Source: an uncultured Phycisphaerales bacterium
Lineage (GTDB): Bacteria; Planctomycetota; Phycisphaerae; Tepidisphaerales; Tepidisphaeraceae
Assembly (NCBI GenBank): GCA_963755915.1
Contig: CAVWLP010000002.1
Coordinates: 4,864,001 to 4,928,000, forward strand
DNA: 64,000 nucleotides
Direction of reading: 5' to 3'
Each line of letters begins with the position of its first letter. Position 1 is the first letter of the stretch. Shown piece after piece: positions 1 through 18,750 of the stretch. A program made the position numbers and the translations under genes. The notes under the pieces are model-generated. The model saw only the letters and a list, made by a program, of their open reading frames with translations, did no database searches and was not told the DNA's origin.

Positions 1-1
1 G

Positions 2-763
2 GCGGGCAATAAGGACCGCCAGGGAATCATCGCGGCGGTAGATCAGTTTGTGCCGGACAACGTGACCGTGGAATTCGATGGGGACGCGATGATCGTTCAC
101 ACCAAGGGGTTGCCGAACCATCCGACGGGAAAATTTCCGCAGGAGGGATTCGGTCCGCAGAGCAATCCGAATTTTATCCAGGAGCACGACCGGACGTATT
201 ACATTCCGCTAAACCCGAAGGTAAACCCGCGGCACATTTTCACGACGATCGACAATTCGAATCATGCGCTGCCGATGGGGCCGATTGGGATCGCGGTGAA
301 TGGCGTGGTGTTTTTTAATCCGTTCAACGCGCAGAGCCTGGACGCGACCAACATGATGGACCGGTGCTGCGGGCATCCGGCGCCGGATGGGACGTATCAC
401 TATCACAAGTATCCGGTATGCGTGAATTCGCCGTGGTCGGATGAGGGGAAGGAGCATTCGCCGCTGATCGGGTGGGCGTTTGATGGGTTTCCGATTTATG
501 GGCCGTTTGAGAGCGCGGGGGTGATGGCGAAGGATTTGACGGGGTCTAATGCGCTGAATGATTTCAATCTGCACTGGGATAAAGACCGCGGGTGGCATTA
601 TCACGTGACGCCGGGGAAGTTTCCTTACATCATCGGCGGTTATTGGGGGACGGAAGACAGTCGCGATCGACAGGCGGGGAGACCTGGCCGGGGAATGGGG
701 GGCGGGTTTGGACCGCCGCCTGGTGAAGGGATGCCGGGATTTGGGCCACCGCCTGGATTTTAA
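2..763 (+). CDS. YHYH-domain protein, 5'-truncated by the window edge, with a Gly/Pro-rich tail
   Basis: The frame is open from base 2. Motifs GPIGIAVNGV, GHP..GTYHYH, HSPLIGWAFDGFPIYG and WHYH. Confidence 0.85.
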   Translation, partial: AGNKDRQGIIAAVDQFVPDNVTVEFDGDAMIVHTKGLPNHPTGKFPQEGFGPQSNPNFIQEHDRTYYIPLNPKVNPRHIFTTIDNSNHALPMGPIGIAVNGVVFFNPFNAQSLDATNMMDRCCGHPAPDGTYHYHKYPVCVNSPWSDEGKEHSPLIGWAFDGFPIYGPFESAGVMAKDLTGSNALNDFNLHWDKDRGWHYHVTPGKFPYIIGGYWGTEDSRDRQAGRPGRGMGGGFGPPPGEGMPGFGPPPGF

Positions 764-774
764 CTAAATTCGAG

Positions 775-803
775 AAGCGCTCCCCTTCGGGTCGCGGCTA
801 AAC
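775..803. repeat. REP-like short repeat, family B, copy 1
   Basis: aagcgctccccttcgggtcgcggctaaac is 28/29 identical to 35171-35199 and related to 39348-39376. It lies between convergent genes. Confidence 0.8.
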
Positions 804-820
804 AAGAGGGTCGTCATTAG

Positions 821-1573
821 TTACTGGAGTTTTGCCTTTGCTTCGGCGGGGATGTCGATGGTGGTGGAGCCGACGTTGCTGATGTCGGTTGTGGTGGTGC
901 GATCGATATCGCGGTCGTTGCCGTTGAAGCTGATGGTGCCGGTGGTGTGGAGCTGGATTTGGCTAACGCTTCCGTCGGCGATCTTGAGGCCCATCGTGGC
1001 TTTGGCGTCGCTGACGTCGATTTGCGGGGCGGCGTTGTTGTCGTCGGGATTGGTCGTGGCCGCGGCTTGGCGGCGGGGGCGGAACATGAGGAGCTTTTTG
1101 GCGGCGTCGTCGGAGAGATCGGCGCTGAAGCCGTCGTCGGTCTTCTGGATGTTCTGGAGGCTGGCGACGTTTTCCATCGCCTGGGCGACGGGGGCTTTAA
1201 AATTTTGCGCAATCATGGCGGCAAAGCGTTCGGGGGGCGGTGGGCCGCCGGCATCGTCGCCAGCGGCTTCCATCAGCTCGGCCGAGGACTTCCAGCCGTC
1301 GTCGGTTTTCACGGCGATTTTGTCGCCCTTGATGATGATGTCGAAGGTGTTGTCGCGGAACTGCATGGAGAGCCAGATGGTGCCGTCTTTGTCCTGCTTG
1401 CCCTGTGTGGTTCCGCGCATCATTCCGCCCTGAACATTGGTGGTCCAGCTATAACTGGAACCGTCGGTGACTTTCTGGAGAGCGGCCTTGATGTCGTCCT
1501 TGCTGTCGGCAAGCGCCACGACAGCGGAGATCGCGAGAACGGAAACGAAAGCAAAAATGGAACGCTTAAGCAT
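821..1573 (-). CDS. Secreted hypothetical protein
   Basis: 250 aa ORF with signal peptide (MLKRSIFAFVSVLAISAVVALA) and an upstream GGAGG Shine-Dalgarno. Confidence 0.8.
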   Translation of the reverse strand: MLKRSIFAFVSVLAISAVVALADSKDDIKAALQKVTDGSSYSWTTNVQGGMMRGTTQGKQDKDGTIWLSMQFRDNTFDIIIKGDKIAVKTDDGWKSSAELMEAAGDDAGGPPPPERFAAMIAQNFKAPVAQAMENVASLQNIQKTDDGFSADLSDDAAKKLLMFRPRRQAAATTNPDDNNAAPQIDVSDAKATMGLKIADGSVSQIQLHTTGTISFNGNDRDIDRTTTTDISNVGSTTIDIPAEAKAKLQ

Positions 1574-1636
1574 GTTGAATTCCTCCGCGCAAAGGGGTGA
1601 GACAGGAAACCTCTGAGGGAAGAATATAGACTGGGC

Positions 1637-2419
1637 TCAGGAATTCAGCAAATTCAGGAGGGTTTTCGCGTCCTGGCGGAACTGCTCGGGATTGTCGGCG
1701 CGGACGAATTCGAGGGAGGCGTGGCGGGGTTTGTCTGGGCTGGACGCCAAGTGGAGGTACTGGCGCCAGGCGTCGGCGCCGTCGGCGAGGGGAAGGCGGT
1801 AGTGCTGATCGGGCCACCAATGAAAGACATGCAGGTTCTGGAGATGGGGGAGGACCATCCGTAGACCATCGAGGCACTCCTCGGTCGGCAACCCTACCGG
1901 AGGCTGCCAATAGCTGGTGAGATTTGGGGCGGCAACAGCGTCGATGAGGGCGGTGGCGGCGGGCGCGGTGTCGGTGAGGGTGCCGCCATGAAACTCCAAT
2001 GAAATTGAGCAATTGCGCTCGGCGGCAAGCTGGCAGATTCGCTTGAGATCGTTGGCGACGGCGTATTTGAGGTTGGAGGGGGCGGCTTCTGAGCCGAGAT
2101 TGCCGGCCCAGACGCGGATGGAGTTGGTTCCAAGGGCCTCGGCGGTGTCGAGGATGGCGGAGAAGCTGACGCCGTTGGTTTCGCTGGCCCAGGCGCGGTA
2201 ATAGGAGCCGTAGGCGCTGATGGTAAGTCCGGCATCCTCGCAGAGCTTTCGGGCGTAGGCGGCTTTGGCTAAATCGCCGTGAGGAACGTGGATATCACCC
2301 CCCCACTCGATGCTTTTCAGGCCCGCCTCAGCGGCAAGCTGGACGACCTGGTCGGGGGAGAGTTTTCGAAAGGTTACCGAGACCAATCCGGGGATGAAGG
2401 TCTTGGCCAGGCAGTTCAT
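1637..2419 (-). CDS. Sugar phosphate isomerase/epimerase (xylose-isomerase-like TIM barrel)
   Basis: Motifs GLKSIEWGGDIH, AYGSYY, IRVWAG, SLEFHGGTLTD, LHVFHW and SLEF. Confidence 0.85.
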   Translation of the reverse strand: MNCLAKTFIPGLVSVTFRKLSPDQVVQLAAEAGLKSIEWGGDIHVPHGDLAKAAYARKLCEDAGLTISAYGSYYRAWASETNGVSFSAILDTAEALGTNSIRVWAGNLGSEAAPSNLKYAVANDLKRICQLAAERNCSISLEFHGGTLTDTAPAATALIDAVAAPNLTSYWQPPVGLPTEECLDGLRMVLPHLQNLHVFHWWPDQHYRLPLADGADAWRQYLHLASSPDKPRHASLEFVRADNPEQFRQDAKTLLNLLNS

Positions 2420-2482
2420 GCCTGAACTATACCCGCAGAAGGCGGAGGCGAGGTTGCGGCAATACTGGGGGCTCGTTTTTTA

Positions 2483-2511
2483 TTGACACTGGTGCGGCGG
2501 GTGACTATAAG
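2483..2511 (+). promoter_or_regulatory. Sigma70-type promoter for rpoBC
   Basis: TTGACA (2483-2488), 17-bp spacer, TATAAG (2506-2511), preceded by a T-rich tract. Confidence 0.75.
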
Positions 2512-2791
2512 TATTGTGTCGCTTTTGGAGCTAGGGACATAAAAATCTCGGTGCATGTGACCACGAATCTTCCGTTTCGGACGAGACGGACGTGCCGTGG
2601 GTACTTTTATTGCGCTCGACTGCTAAGTTGTTTTGTCCCTTATATTTAGTGTAAGTACGCGGCACAAAAGGAGATATTGCTGCCGCTGACAAGCCGCTTA
2701 ACTTTACGTAAGGCGGCTAATTTTGTCGGTGTAACGAAACTAACACCTGCCGGGAAATGGTGATAACCACCATAGGCAAAAGGAAAAACTG

Positions 2792-6578
<3,787 letters not shown>

Positions 6579-6680
6579 ATGCCTGGACAGGATCTAGTCG
6601 TGACCGTGTGATTATTTGTAAAACGATGCAGAATCGCGGACGGCAAGATGTCCGTGGCTTATTGAAAGAAAGAAGATACC

Positions 6681-11121
<4,441 letters not shown>

Positions 11122-11165
11122 GCCTCTCAGGCGAGGCCGGATTTTGTGGCAGCACCACGCCTTTG

Positions 11166-11205
11166 CCCCGCCCCCGGTAATCCGGGGGAGGGTTGGGGAG
11201 GGGGT
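11166..11205. repeat. REP-like palindromic repeat, family A, copy 1
   Basis: ccccgcccccggtaatccgggggagggttggggagggggt, related to copies at 19973, 51885 and 62601. Confidence 0.8.
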
Positions 11206-11234
11206 TTGGCCGCAAGCGCCAGGGATATCACGCG

Positions 11235-11818
11235 GTGATTGAGACGCCACCCACTTGTCGTGCATTTCTCACCGTCGTTTCCGGACGCCCCGGTTCCGGC
11301 AAAACCACACTTGCCCGCGCGTTGGCCCAGGCAATCCGCTGCCCCCTCATCTCCCGGGACGAGGTCAAGGAAGGCCTGGTTAACTCCGGCCTCGCCCATG
11401 CCGACGCCACGCAGCGTCTCGCGAATGAAATCTTTTCGACACTATCGAACAATTGGTGCGGCGCGGCGTCACCCTCATCGCTGAGGCTGCATTCCAGCAC
11501 AAGCTCTGGGCAAAGCCGCTGGAACCTCTCCTCGCCGTCGCAAGAACGCAAATTATTTTATGCGTGGCAGACCCGGAGCTCGCCCGTTCGCGGCACATTC
11601 AACGCGGATTGAATGATCCGCAGCGAGAACGATTTCACGGAGATTATGAGGTGCGGGCCGCGCGCGACGGCCACGTGATGCCAATCGACGATTACGATCC
11701 GCCTAAATTCGAAGTTCCCGCGCTCGAAGTGGATACGACCGATGGCTACAGGCCGCAGTTCGAACAAATCCTCGACTTCATCCGCGGCACATCTGAGCCC
11801 GATCGCGCCCGAGGATAA
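11235..11818 (+). CDS. Small P-loop kinase / AAA_33-like ATPase, one frameshift near 11430
   Basis: VVSGRPGSGKTTLARALA and ISRDEVKE in one frame. It continues as GVTLIAEAAFQHKLW...LEVDTTDGY in the 11453..11818 frame. Confidence 0.75.
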
Positions 11819-11832
11819 GCAGCGCCCTCAAA

Positions 11833-12897
11833 TCACCCCCCCGCTTGCGTAGTCGCCCCGCCTCCCTGAGCCCGCGTCAGTTCCGCCTTATACTCATCCC
11901 CATATTTCCTCATGATCGCAATATTCTCCGCCGGCACATTCCCGGTAACCTTCGCCGCCGTTTGCTTCAACTGCCCCTGTGACTTGGCCAGCTCCGCCTT
12001 CTCGGCCTGCAATCTCTGAATATCCGAGGCTGCCGCCGCGACCCCCGCATCGTCATCCCCCTTCGCCTGGGCCTTTTCATCCACGGTCACCGGGATCTCC
12101 GGGTGCGTCGCCCGATGCGCTGCCGCATCAACCTGAGCCTGTACGTCTGCCAGCTCTTTTTTCTCGTCCGCCTCTTCGTTCCGCGCTTCGCCGGCCGCCT
12201 CGCGCGCGGCGTGGGCTTCATTCTTCTTGTTCTGCACGTACTCAGTGCGATCGTCCGGGGAAACATCCGCGGGCGGATTGGCCGCCTCTTCCTCCGCGGT
12301 TTTGGCATCAGCGAGGTCGTTCACTGCCTCGCTCTCGCGGGCCGCAACCTCATCGGCCCGCTGGCTCGCCTCATCCGCCGCCGCCTGCTGGTCCGACTGG
12401 GCCAGCTTTACAATCGCATCCCGGTCACTGTCGCCCAGGACGCGCCAGCCGTTGGCTTGCGCTTCTTTGTATGTCTCAAGGCGCTTTTGCGCATCGGCAA
12501 TCTGGGCATCCAGTTCCTTTTCCTGCTCGTCAAACTGGTCCTGCTGCGTTTTGTGGGAGCCGTCCAGATAAGCAACAGCCCCCCAGGCGTCACCCGCGGC
12601 CTTCCCCAGCCATTCAAACTCCGCCTTGCTGATGTGGTGGCGATCCAGGCAAGCCTGGTAAAGCTTCCCCACGTCCGCCACTGCCGGCGCCTTTGCATCG
12701 CCCGATTTTCCGCCCCCCGCCAGGTGCACCACGCTCGCAAGCTCCCCAAGCCAGTCGTTTTGCGTATCCAGGAAAACCTTAAGCCGGCCTTCGGTAATTA
12801 TACCGTCCGCAGGCGGTTTCCAATCCGCCAGAACCGGTGTGGCAAACAGCAAAATGGATAGGACGCACTGCGCGGTCGAGCGTGGGAGCATATCCAA
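11833..12897 (-). CDS. Secreted coiled-coil hypothetical protein
   Basis: 354 aa with a signal-like N-terminus and a long Ala/Glu/Asp/Lys-rich helical region. Confidence 0.75.
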   Translation of the reverse strand: MDMLPRSTAQCVLSILLFATPVLADWKPPADGIITEGRLKVFLDTQNDWLGELASVVHLAGGGKSGDAKAPAVADVGKLYQACLDRHHISKAEFEWLGKAAGDAWGAVAYLDGSHKTQQDQFDEQEKELDAQIADAQKRLETYKEAQANGWRVLGDSDRDAIVKLAQSDQQAAADEASQRADEVAARESEAVNDLADAKTAEEEAANPPADVSPDDRTEYVQNKKNEAHAAREAAGEARNEEADEKKELADVQAQVDAAAHRATHPEIPVTVDEKAQAKGDDDAGVAAAASDIQRLQAEKAELAKSQGQLKQTAAKVTGNVPAENIAIMRKYGDEYKAELTRAQGGGATTQAGG

Positions 12898-12994
12898 TCA
12901 GGAAAGCCCAAATGGCCTCCGCCGTCAAGTGTTGCCCGCGCAGTTGCCAGCGCCGCCCATTTCCGATATTCGTAGCGGGTGCTTGAAGAAGTTA

Positions 12995-14413
12995 TTGGAC
13001 ATCGCCGCTGTCCGCCGCAAGCTTAAGGAGGTCGGGCAATCTCATGTTCTGGCGTTTTACGAAACGCAGGATCCCGCCGCGCGGCAGAATCTGCTCAAGC
13101 AGCTTCAGTCGCTCGATTTCAATTCCCTTGGCGAGCTGATCGAGCAATACGTCAAAAGTAAGCCGACGCTCGCTCTTCCCACGAACATCGAACCGGTCCC
13201 CGTCTATCCGCGCTTCGCCGACCCCTCCCGCAAGGCGATGTACGACGAAGCGCAGCGCCGCGGACACGAACTTCTCGCCGCTGGAAAAGTCGGCGCCTTC
13301 CTCGTTGCCGGCGGCCAGGGCACGCGCCTCGGTTACGACGGCCCCAAGGGGGAATACCCCATCACGCCCGTCAAAAACAAACCCCTCTTCCAGGTTTTCG
13401 CCGAACAGCTTCTGGCTCACGGCCGCCATTCCGGAAAAACGATTCCCTGGTACATCATGACCAGCGAGAACAATGACGTGCAGACGCGCGCGTTTTTCCA
13501 CAAGCATCACTTCTTCGGCTACGCCGAGGACGCCGTCTGCTTTTTCCAGCAGGGAATGATGCCCGCCTTCGCGATGGACGGGAGACTGCTGCTTGCCGAG
13601 AAAGATTCCCTCGCCCTCTCCCCCGACGGCCACGGCGGCAGCCTCCGGGCCATGGACAAGAGCGGCGCCCTCAAGGACATGCGCAACCGCGGCGTCGAGC
13701 ACCTCTCCTATTTCCAGGTCGACAACCCGCTCGTCTACTGCATCGACCCCCTCTTCCTCGGCCTGCACGAAATCACCGGCAGCGAAATGTCCAGCAAGAC
13801 CGTCCCCAAGGCACATGCCATGGAACGGGTCGGCAATTTCGTCGTCGGCGACGGTGTTCTTCAGGTCATCGAATACAGCGATCTGCCGGAATCACTGGCC
13901 CAGCAAACCAACCCCGGCGGCGCGCTGAGATTCAACGCCGGCTCGATTGCCATTCACGCCCTGCGCGTGAGCTTCATCGAGCGCCTCAATGAAGGCGGCC
14001 GCCTCCGGCTCCCCTGGCACCGCGCGGAAAAGAAGGTTCCCTGCGTCAACGATAACGGCCAGCTCGTGAAGCCGGACCGTCCCAATGCCGTCAAGCTTGA
14101 GCAATTCGTATTTGATGCGATCCCGCTCGCGCAAAACGCGATGGTCTATGCCACGGATCGGGCTGAAGAATTCTCTCCGGTGAAGAATGCCGAGGGCGCC
14201 GACTCGCCGGAAACCTGCCGCCGAGACCAGATCCGCCGCCACGCACGCTGGCTACGCGACGCCGGCGCGGAAGTCCCCTACCGCGGAACCGAACCGGACG
14301 CGAAGATCGAGATTTCGCCGCTGAAAGCCGTCAGTCCCGACGATTTGAAGGGCAAACCGCTGCCAATAAAGCAGATCAAACCGGGGTCCGTGGTTTATCT
14401 CGGAACCGACTGA
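12995..14413 (+). CDS. UDP-N-acetylglucosamine/UDP-hexose pyrophosphorylase (UDPGP family, eukaryotic UAP1-like); start uncertain (TTG at 12983 or 12995)
   Basis: Motifs LVAGGQGTRLGYDGPKG, WYIMTS, FFQQG, SPDGHGG, QVDNPL, VIEYSD, KLEQFVFD and EFSPVKNA. Confidence 0.9.
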   Translation: MDIAAVRRKLKEVGQSHVLAFYETQDPAARQNLLKQLQSLDFNSLGELIEQYVKSKPTLALPTNIEPVPVYPRFADPSRKAMYDEAQRRGHELLAAGKVGAFLVAGGQGTRLGYDGPKGEYPITPVKNKPLFQVFAEQLLAHGRHSGKTIPWYIMTSENNDVQTRAFFHKHHFFGYAEDAVCFFQQGMMPAFAMDGRLLLAEKDSLALSPDGHGGSLRAMDKSGALKDMRNRGVEHLSYFQVDNPLVYCIDPLFLGLHEITGSEMSSKTVPKAHAMERVGNFVVGDGVLQVIEYSDLPESLAQQTNPGGALRFNAGSIAIHALRVSFIERLNEGGRLRLPWHRAEKKVPCVNDNGQLVKPDRPNAVKLEQFVFDAIPLAQNAMVYATDRAEEFSPVKNAEGADSPETCRRDQIRRHARWLRDAGAEVPYRGTEPDAKIEISPLKAVSPDDLKGKPLPIKQIKPGSVVYLGTD

Positions 14414-14539
14414 TCGCATCGAAGCCACCGGTACCTGCACTCACGTAACCCCCCCCGTCCCGTTGCTTTTTGCCCCCCCACTGTTAAATTATCCCGCAGC
14501 GGCAAGGTTGCCAATTTTCGTTGGGAAAAGGATGTCCCG

Positions 14540-16015
14540 ATGCTTCTCCGCAGGCTCATTTCCGAACTCAATCCCGCAATAGACGCATCCGCCCTTCCCG
14601 ATTTGGAAATCCGCGGCATCTGCGAAGATTCCCGCACTGCTGAGCCCGGCGACCTCTTCGTTGCCCGCTCCGGAACCAAAACCGATGGCGCCAGCTTCAT
14701 CGGCGACGCCGCGGCGCGGCGCGGTCGCCGTCCTCTGTGGCGGAAAAATCGAATCCTGCCCCCTCCCGCAGATTGTGGTCCCCAACCCCGCCGCCGTCGC
14801 CGGCCCCCTGGCCCACATCTTCTACGGTCATCCCTCGCGACAGGTGAAATCCATCGGCGTCACCGGCACGAACGGAAAAACCACCACCACGTTTATCTTG
14901 CGCCATCTCCTGCAAAAATTCGCCATACCCTGCGGACTCATCGGCACAGTCGAAACCGACGACGGCAAAACCCGCAGCGAAGCCAACATGACCACGCCGG
15001 GCACCGTCGATCTCGTAAAGCTCCTGGCCAAAATGCGCGACAACGGCTGCCGCGCCTGCGCCATGGAGGTTTCGAGCCACGCCTTGCACCAGGGACGCGT
15101 CCTCGGTTTCGATTTCTGCCGGCGCGGCGTTCACAAACCTCACCCGCGATCATCTCGACTACCACGGCACGATGGAAAAATACGCCGCCGCCAAGGCCAT
15201 TCTTTTCCACATGCTGGGCCCCGACGCCGTCGCCGTGGTCAATGCCGACGACTCATACGCCGAGCGAATGCTCGCCGGCTGCGAAGCAAGAGCCACCCGT
15301 TTCGGCTTCGGTTCCTCCGCCGATTACTGCGCAAAAGATATCAGGATGACAAGCCGCGGCTCGAATTTCATTCTTCATACCCCCGACGGCAGCGCGGAAG
15401 TTTCGCTGGCAATGATCGGCCGCCACAACATCGCCAACGCCCTCACCGCTGTCACCATCGCCGGGGAAGTTTTCCTGCTCAGCGTTCATCAGATCGCCGC
15501 GGGCCTCAAAGATGCGCCAGGCGCCCCCGGCCGATTGCAGCCCGTTGATCGCAATCAGGCATTTGCCGTCCTCGTCGACTACGCCCACACCGACGACGCA
15601 CTGACGAAAGTACTCACCGCCCTTCGCCCCCTCACGAAAGGAAAGCTACGCGTCCTCTTCGGCTGCGGCGGCGATCGCGACCGCACTAAGCGCCCCCTCA
15701 TGGCCCACGCCGCCGAGCGCAATCGCCGACGCCGTCTACGTCACCAGCGACAATCCGCGCACCGAAGATCCTCGCGGCATCATCGAAGAGATCATCGCCG
15801 GTTTTCGAAACCTGCGCGAGAAGCCGATCTTCGTGGAAGCCGACCGCCGGACGGCCATCGCCAAAATCCTGCACGACGCCCAGCCCGGCGACGTAGTGCT
15901 CCTCGCCGGCAAGGGGCACGAGAATTATCAGATCATCGGAGCGACCAAATACCATTTTGATGACGTGGAGGAAGCCGCCGCCGTTTTGGAGCAGCTACCC
16001 CTCTCCCATTTTTGA
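14540..16015 (+). CDS. murE: UDP-MurNAc-tripeptide ligase MurE, several frameshifts
   Basis: DSR...PGDLFVA, GVTGTNGKTTT, TTP, MEVSSHAL, TNLTRDHLDYH, PGRLQ, VDYAHT, FGCGGDRD, DNPR and LAGKGHENYQ. The DNPR motif implies meso-DAP specificity. Confidence 0.93.
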
Positions 16016-16037
16016 CTCATATTCCGATAGCAATCGC

Positions 16038-17469
16038 ATGAACCCACTTTGGCTTTCGGAAATCCGGCGCAACACCGACAGCGAATTATCGGCCCCTGGC
16101 CCCGACGTCCAGGTCGCCGCCGTCTGCATCGACACCCGCCAGATGTGCCCGCAGTCCCTTTATATCGCCATCCGCGGCGAAAATTTCGACGGCCATCAGT
16201 TCCTCGAGCAAGCCCAGAGCGGTGGTGCTGTCGCCGCGCTCGTCCAGCATATACCGCTAAACGTCCCCCCCGGCCTGCCCCTCCTCCGCGTCCCCGACAC
16301 GCGCAAGGCGATGGGTTTGCTCGCCCGCATCACGTACGCCGCTCGTTTGCCGGAAAAGTCATCGCCATCGCCGGCAGCAACGGCAAAACCGGCACCAAGC
16401 ATCTCGTCGATTCCGTCCTCCGCCAGGGTCGCCGCGGCTCGATCTCCCCCAAAAGCTTCAACAACGACATCGGCGTCCCCCTGGCGATTTTCCCCGCCGA
16501 TCCCAACGCACGATTATCTCGTCCTCGAACTGGGCACCAATCATCCCGGCGAAATCCGCAACGCTCACCCACATCGCCTTGCCGGACATCGCCATCATCA
16601 CCAATTGCTCGGCCGAGCACCTCGAAGGCCTCGGCGATCTCGCCGGTGTTCGCCGCGAAAACGCCAGCATCATCGAAGGGCTCAAACCCCAACGGCACGC
16701 TGATCGTCAACGGCGACGATCCGGCCTCGTGCAAGTCCATCGGCCAATTCCGCGGCGATTGCTCACCTTCGGCTTTCCGCAAGACCAACGAAATCTGTGG
16801 CGTCTCGAATGCCCACACTGCGACTGGGACGGCGTCCATTTCACGATCCAGCCCGCCGGCGTCGAAGCGTTCGTTCCCGCTTCTGGGATTGCACACCGCC
16901 GCCAACGCCCTGGCCGCCGTCGCGGTCGGCCGCGTGATGGGCCTGACCGATGCCCAGATCGTCACGCAGCCTCGCCGCCGCCGACGCGCCCCGAAATGCG
17001 CCTGCAGCGGATGGAAGCCGGCGGCGTGCGAATCCTCAACGACGCCTACAACGCCAACCCCGCCTCGATGAAAGCCGCCATCGAAACGTCTTGCGACTTC
17101 CTCCGCGGCAAGAGGCCGGCGAATCGCCTTCCTCGGCGAAATGCGCGAGATTGGTTCCGCCTCGGCGCAGCTGCCACCGCGAAATCGGCCGATTCGTCGC
17201 GGAAAAATGTCGCCCCGACGTGCATGATATGCGTCGGCCCGAAGCAATCGTGCCATCGCCTCCGAGGCGGTGCAAATTCGGAATGCCCGCCAATCGCGTC
17301 GACCAGTTCCCCGATGCCGCCGCCGCCCAGGCATGTCACCTCGAACCTCGATCCGGGCGACTGGTTTTCTGAAGGCATCCCGCGCCATCGGCCTGGAAGA
17401 AATCTGCCGCGCGATCGTCGCCTGCCGCCGAAACAACACACCGGCCGGAGACCGTCGTGCAACACATGA
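16038..17469 (+). CDS. murF: UDP-MurNAc-pentapeptide ligase MurF, many frameshifts; 3' end approximate
   Basis: AIRGENFDGH, IAGSNGKTGTK, SFNNDIGVP, LELGTNHPGEI, EHLEG, NDAYNANP and LKASR. It sits between murE and mraY. Confidence 0.9.
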
Positions 17470-18645
17470 TCTATCTCCTGATCAAATACGCACTACGCCT
17501 GGCTCGAAGCACACCGCCTTGGTTTCCTGCGGGTATTTAACGACGTCACCTTCCAATCCACCGCCGCCGTGATCCTCAGCTTCGCCCTGGTGATGCTACT
17601 GGGCCCGGGGTCATCCAATGGCTTCGCCGCCAGAAAATCGGCGACGAGCCGGCTTTCGATCAGGCCCAGATGGACGAGATGATGCAGCGGAAAAAGAGGC
17701 ACGCCGACGATGGGCGGCATCCTCATCATCTTCGCCATCGCCATCACCGTCCTGCTCATGGCCGACCTCGAAATTTTTACGTCGCGATGGCCCTCATCTG
17801 CCTGATCTGGCTCGGCGCCGTCGGGGCGGTCGACGACTGGCTGAAGCTGACCACCCATCGCCGCGCCAGCTTCTGCTCCCCGCCGGCCAGCAGGTCAGCC
17901 GTCAGGGCCTCACCTCCCTGGAGAAAATCCTCTTCCAGATCGGCCTGGGGATTCTGCTCTCCTATTTCACCTACTATTACAGCCAGGATCCGCAACAGCC
18001 ACACCCTCTATTTCCCCTTCTTCAAAAATCTCAAGCGAAGTCCCTCATCGCCGCCGATTTCATCATCCTCGGAACGCTCGTCCTCACCGGAACCAGCAAC
18101 GCCGTGAATCTTACGGATGGCCTCGACGGCCTCGCAGCCGGCTGCGCCGGCATCGTCAGCTTCACCTTCCTCATCCTCGCCCTCCTGCAGGGCTACCGCG
18201 TCGGCGGCGGATATCTCGTGGACGTCCTCTTCCTCCCCAGAATCCCCGGCAGCGCGAGATGGCCATCATCGCCGGCGCAATGGTCGGCGCCTGCCTCGGA
18301 TTCCTCTGGTTCAACTGCTCCCCCGCCTCCGTCTTCATGGGCGACACCGGCTCCCTCGCCCTCGGCGGCCTGCTCGGCTACATCGCCGTCGTCATTCGCC
18401 AGGAACTGCTTCTCGTCCTCTGCGGCGGAATCTTCGTCGCCGAAGCCGCTCAGCGTCATCATGCAGGTCGGCTGGTTCAAATACACCAAACGCGATTCGG
18501 CGAAGGCCGCCGGATCTTCCTCATGGCCCCGATCCACCACCATTTCCAACGCAAAGGCTGGGCGGAAACACAGGTGGTGGTCCGCTTCTGGCTCATCGGC
18601 GCGATGCTGGCCATGCTGGCACTGGCGACAATCAAACTCCGCTGA
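17466..18645 (+). CDS. mraY: Phospho-N-acetylmuramoyl-pentapeptide transferase, several frameshifts
   Basis: Start MIYLLIKY. Motifs TPTMGG, VDDWLK, SNAVNLTDGLDGLA, FLWFN, VFMGDTGSLALGG and MAPIHHHF. Confidence 0.93.
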
Positions 18646-18750
18646 GCCGCGACCAAATCACAAATATTTTTTCCCCTATCGCTGGAATGTTTGTAATATG
18701 CCTCCCGGCGGGGTAGATTTTGGGACATCGGTGTTCAGACGGGCCCACCC

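Noticed and set aside
14526-14539. AAGGATGT at the murE ribosome-binding site as a CsrA target
   Set aside because: It matches the CsrA consensus core, but GGA is expected in any Shine-Dalgarno sequence, so one site is not evidence.
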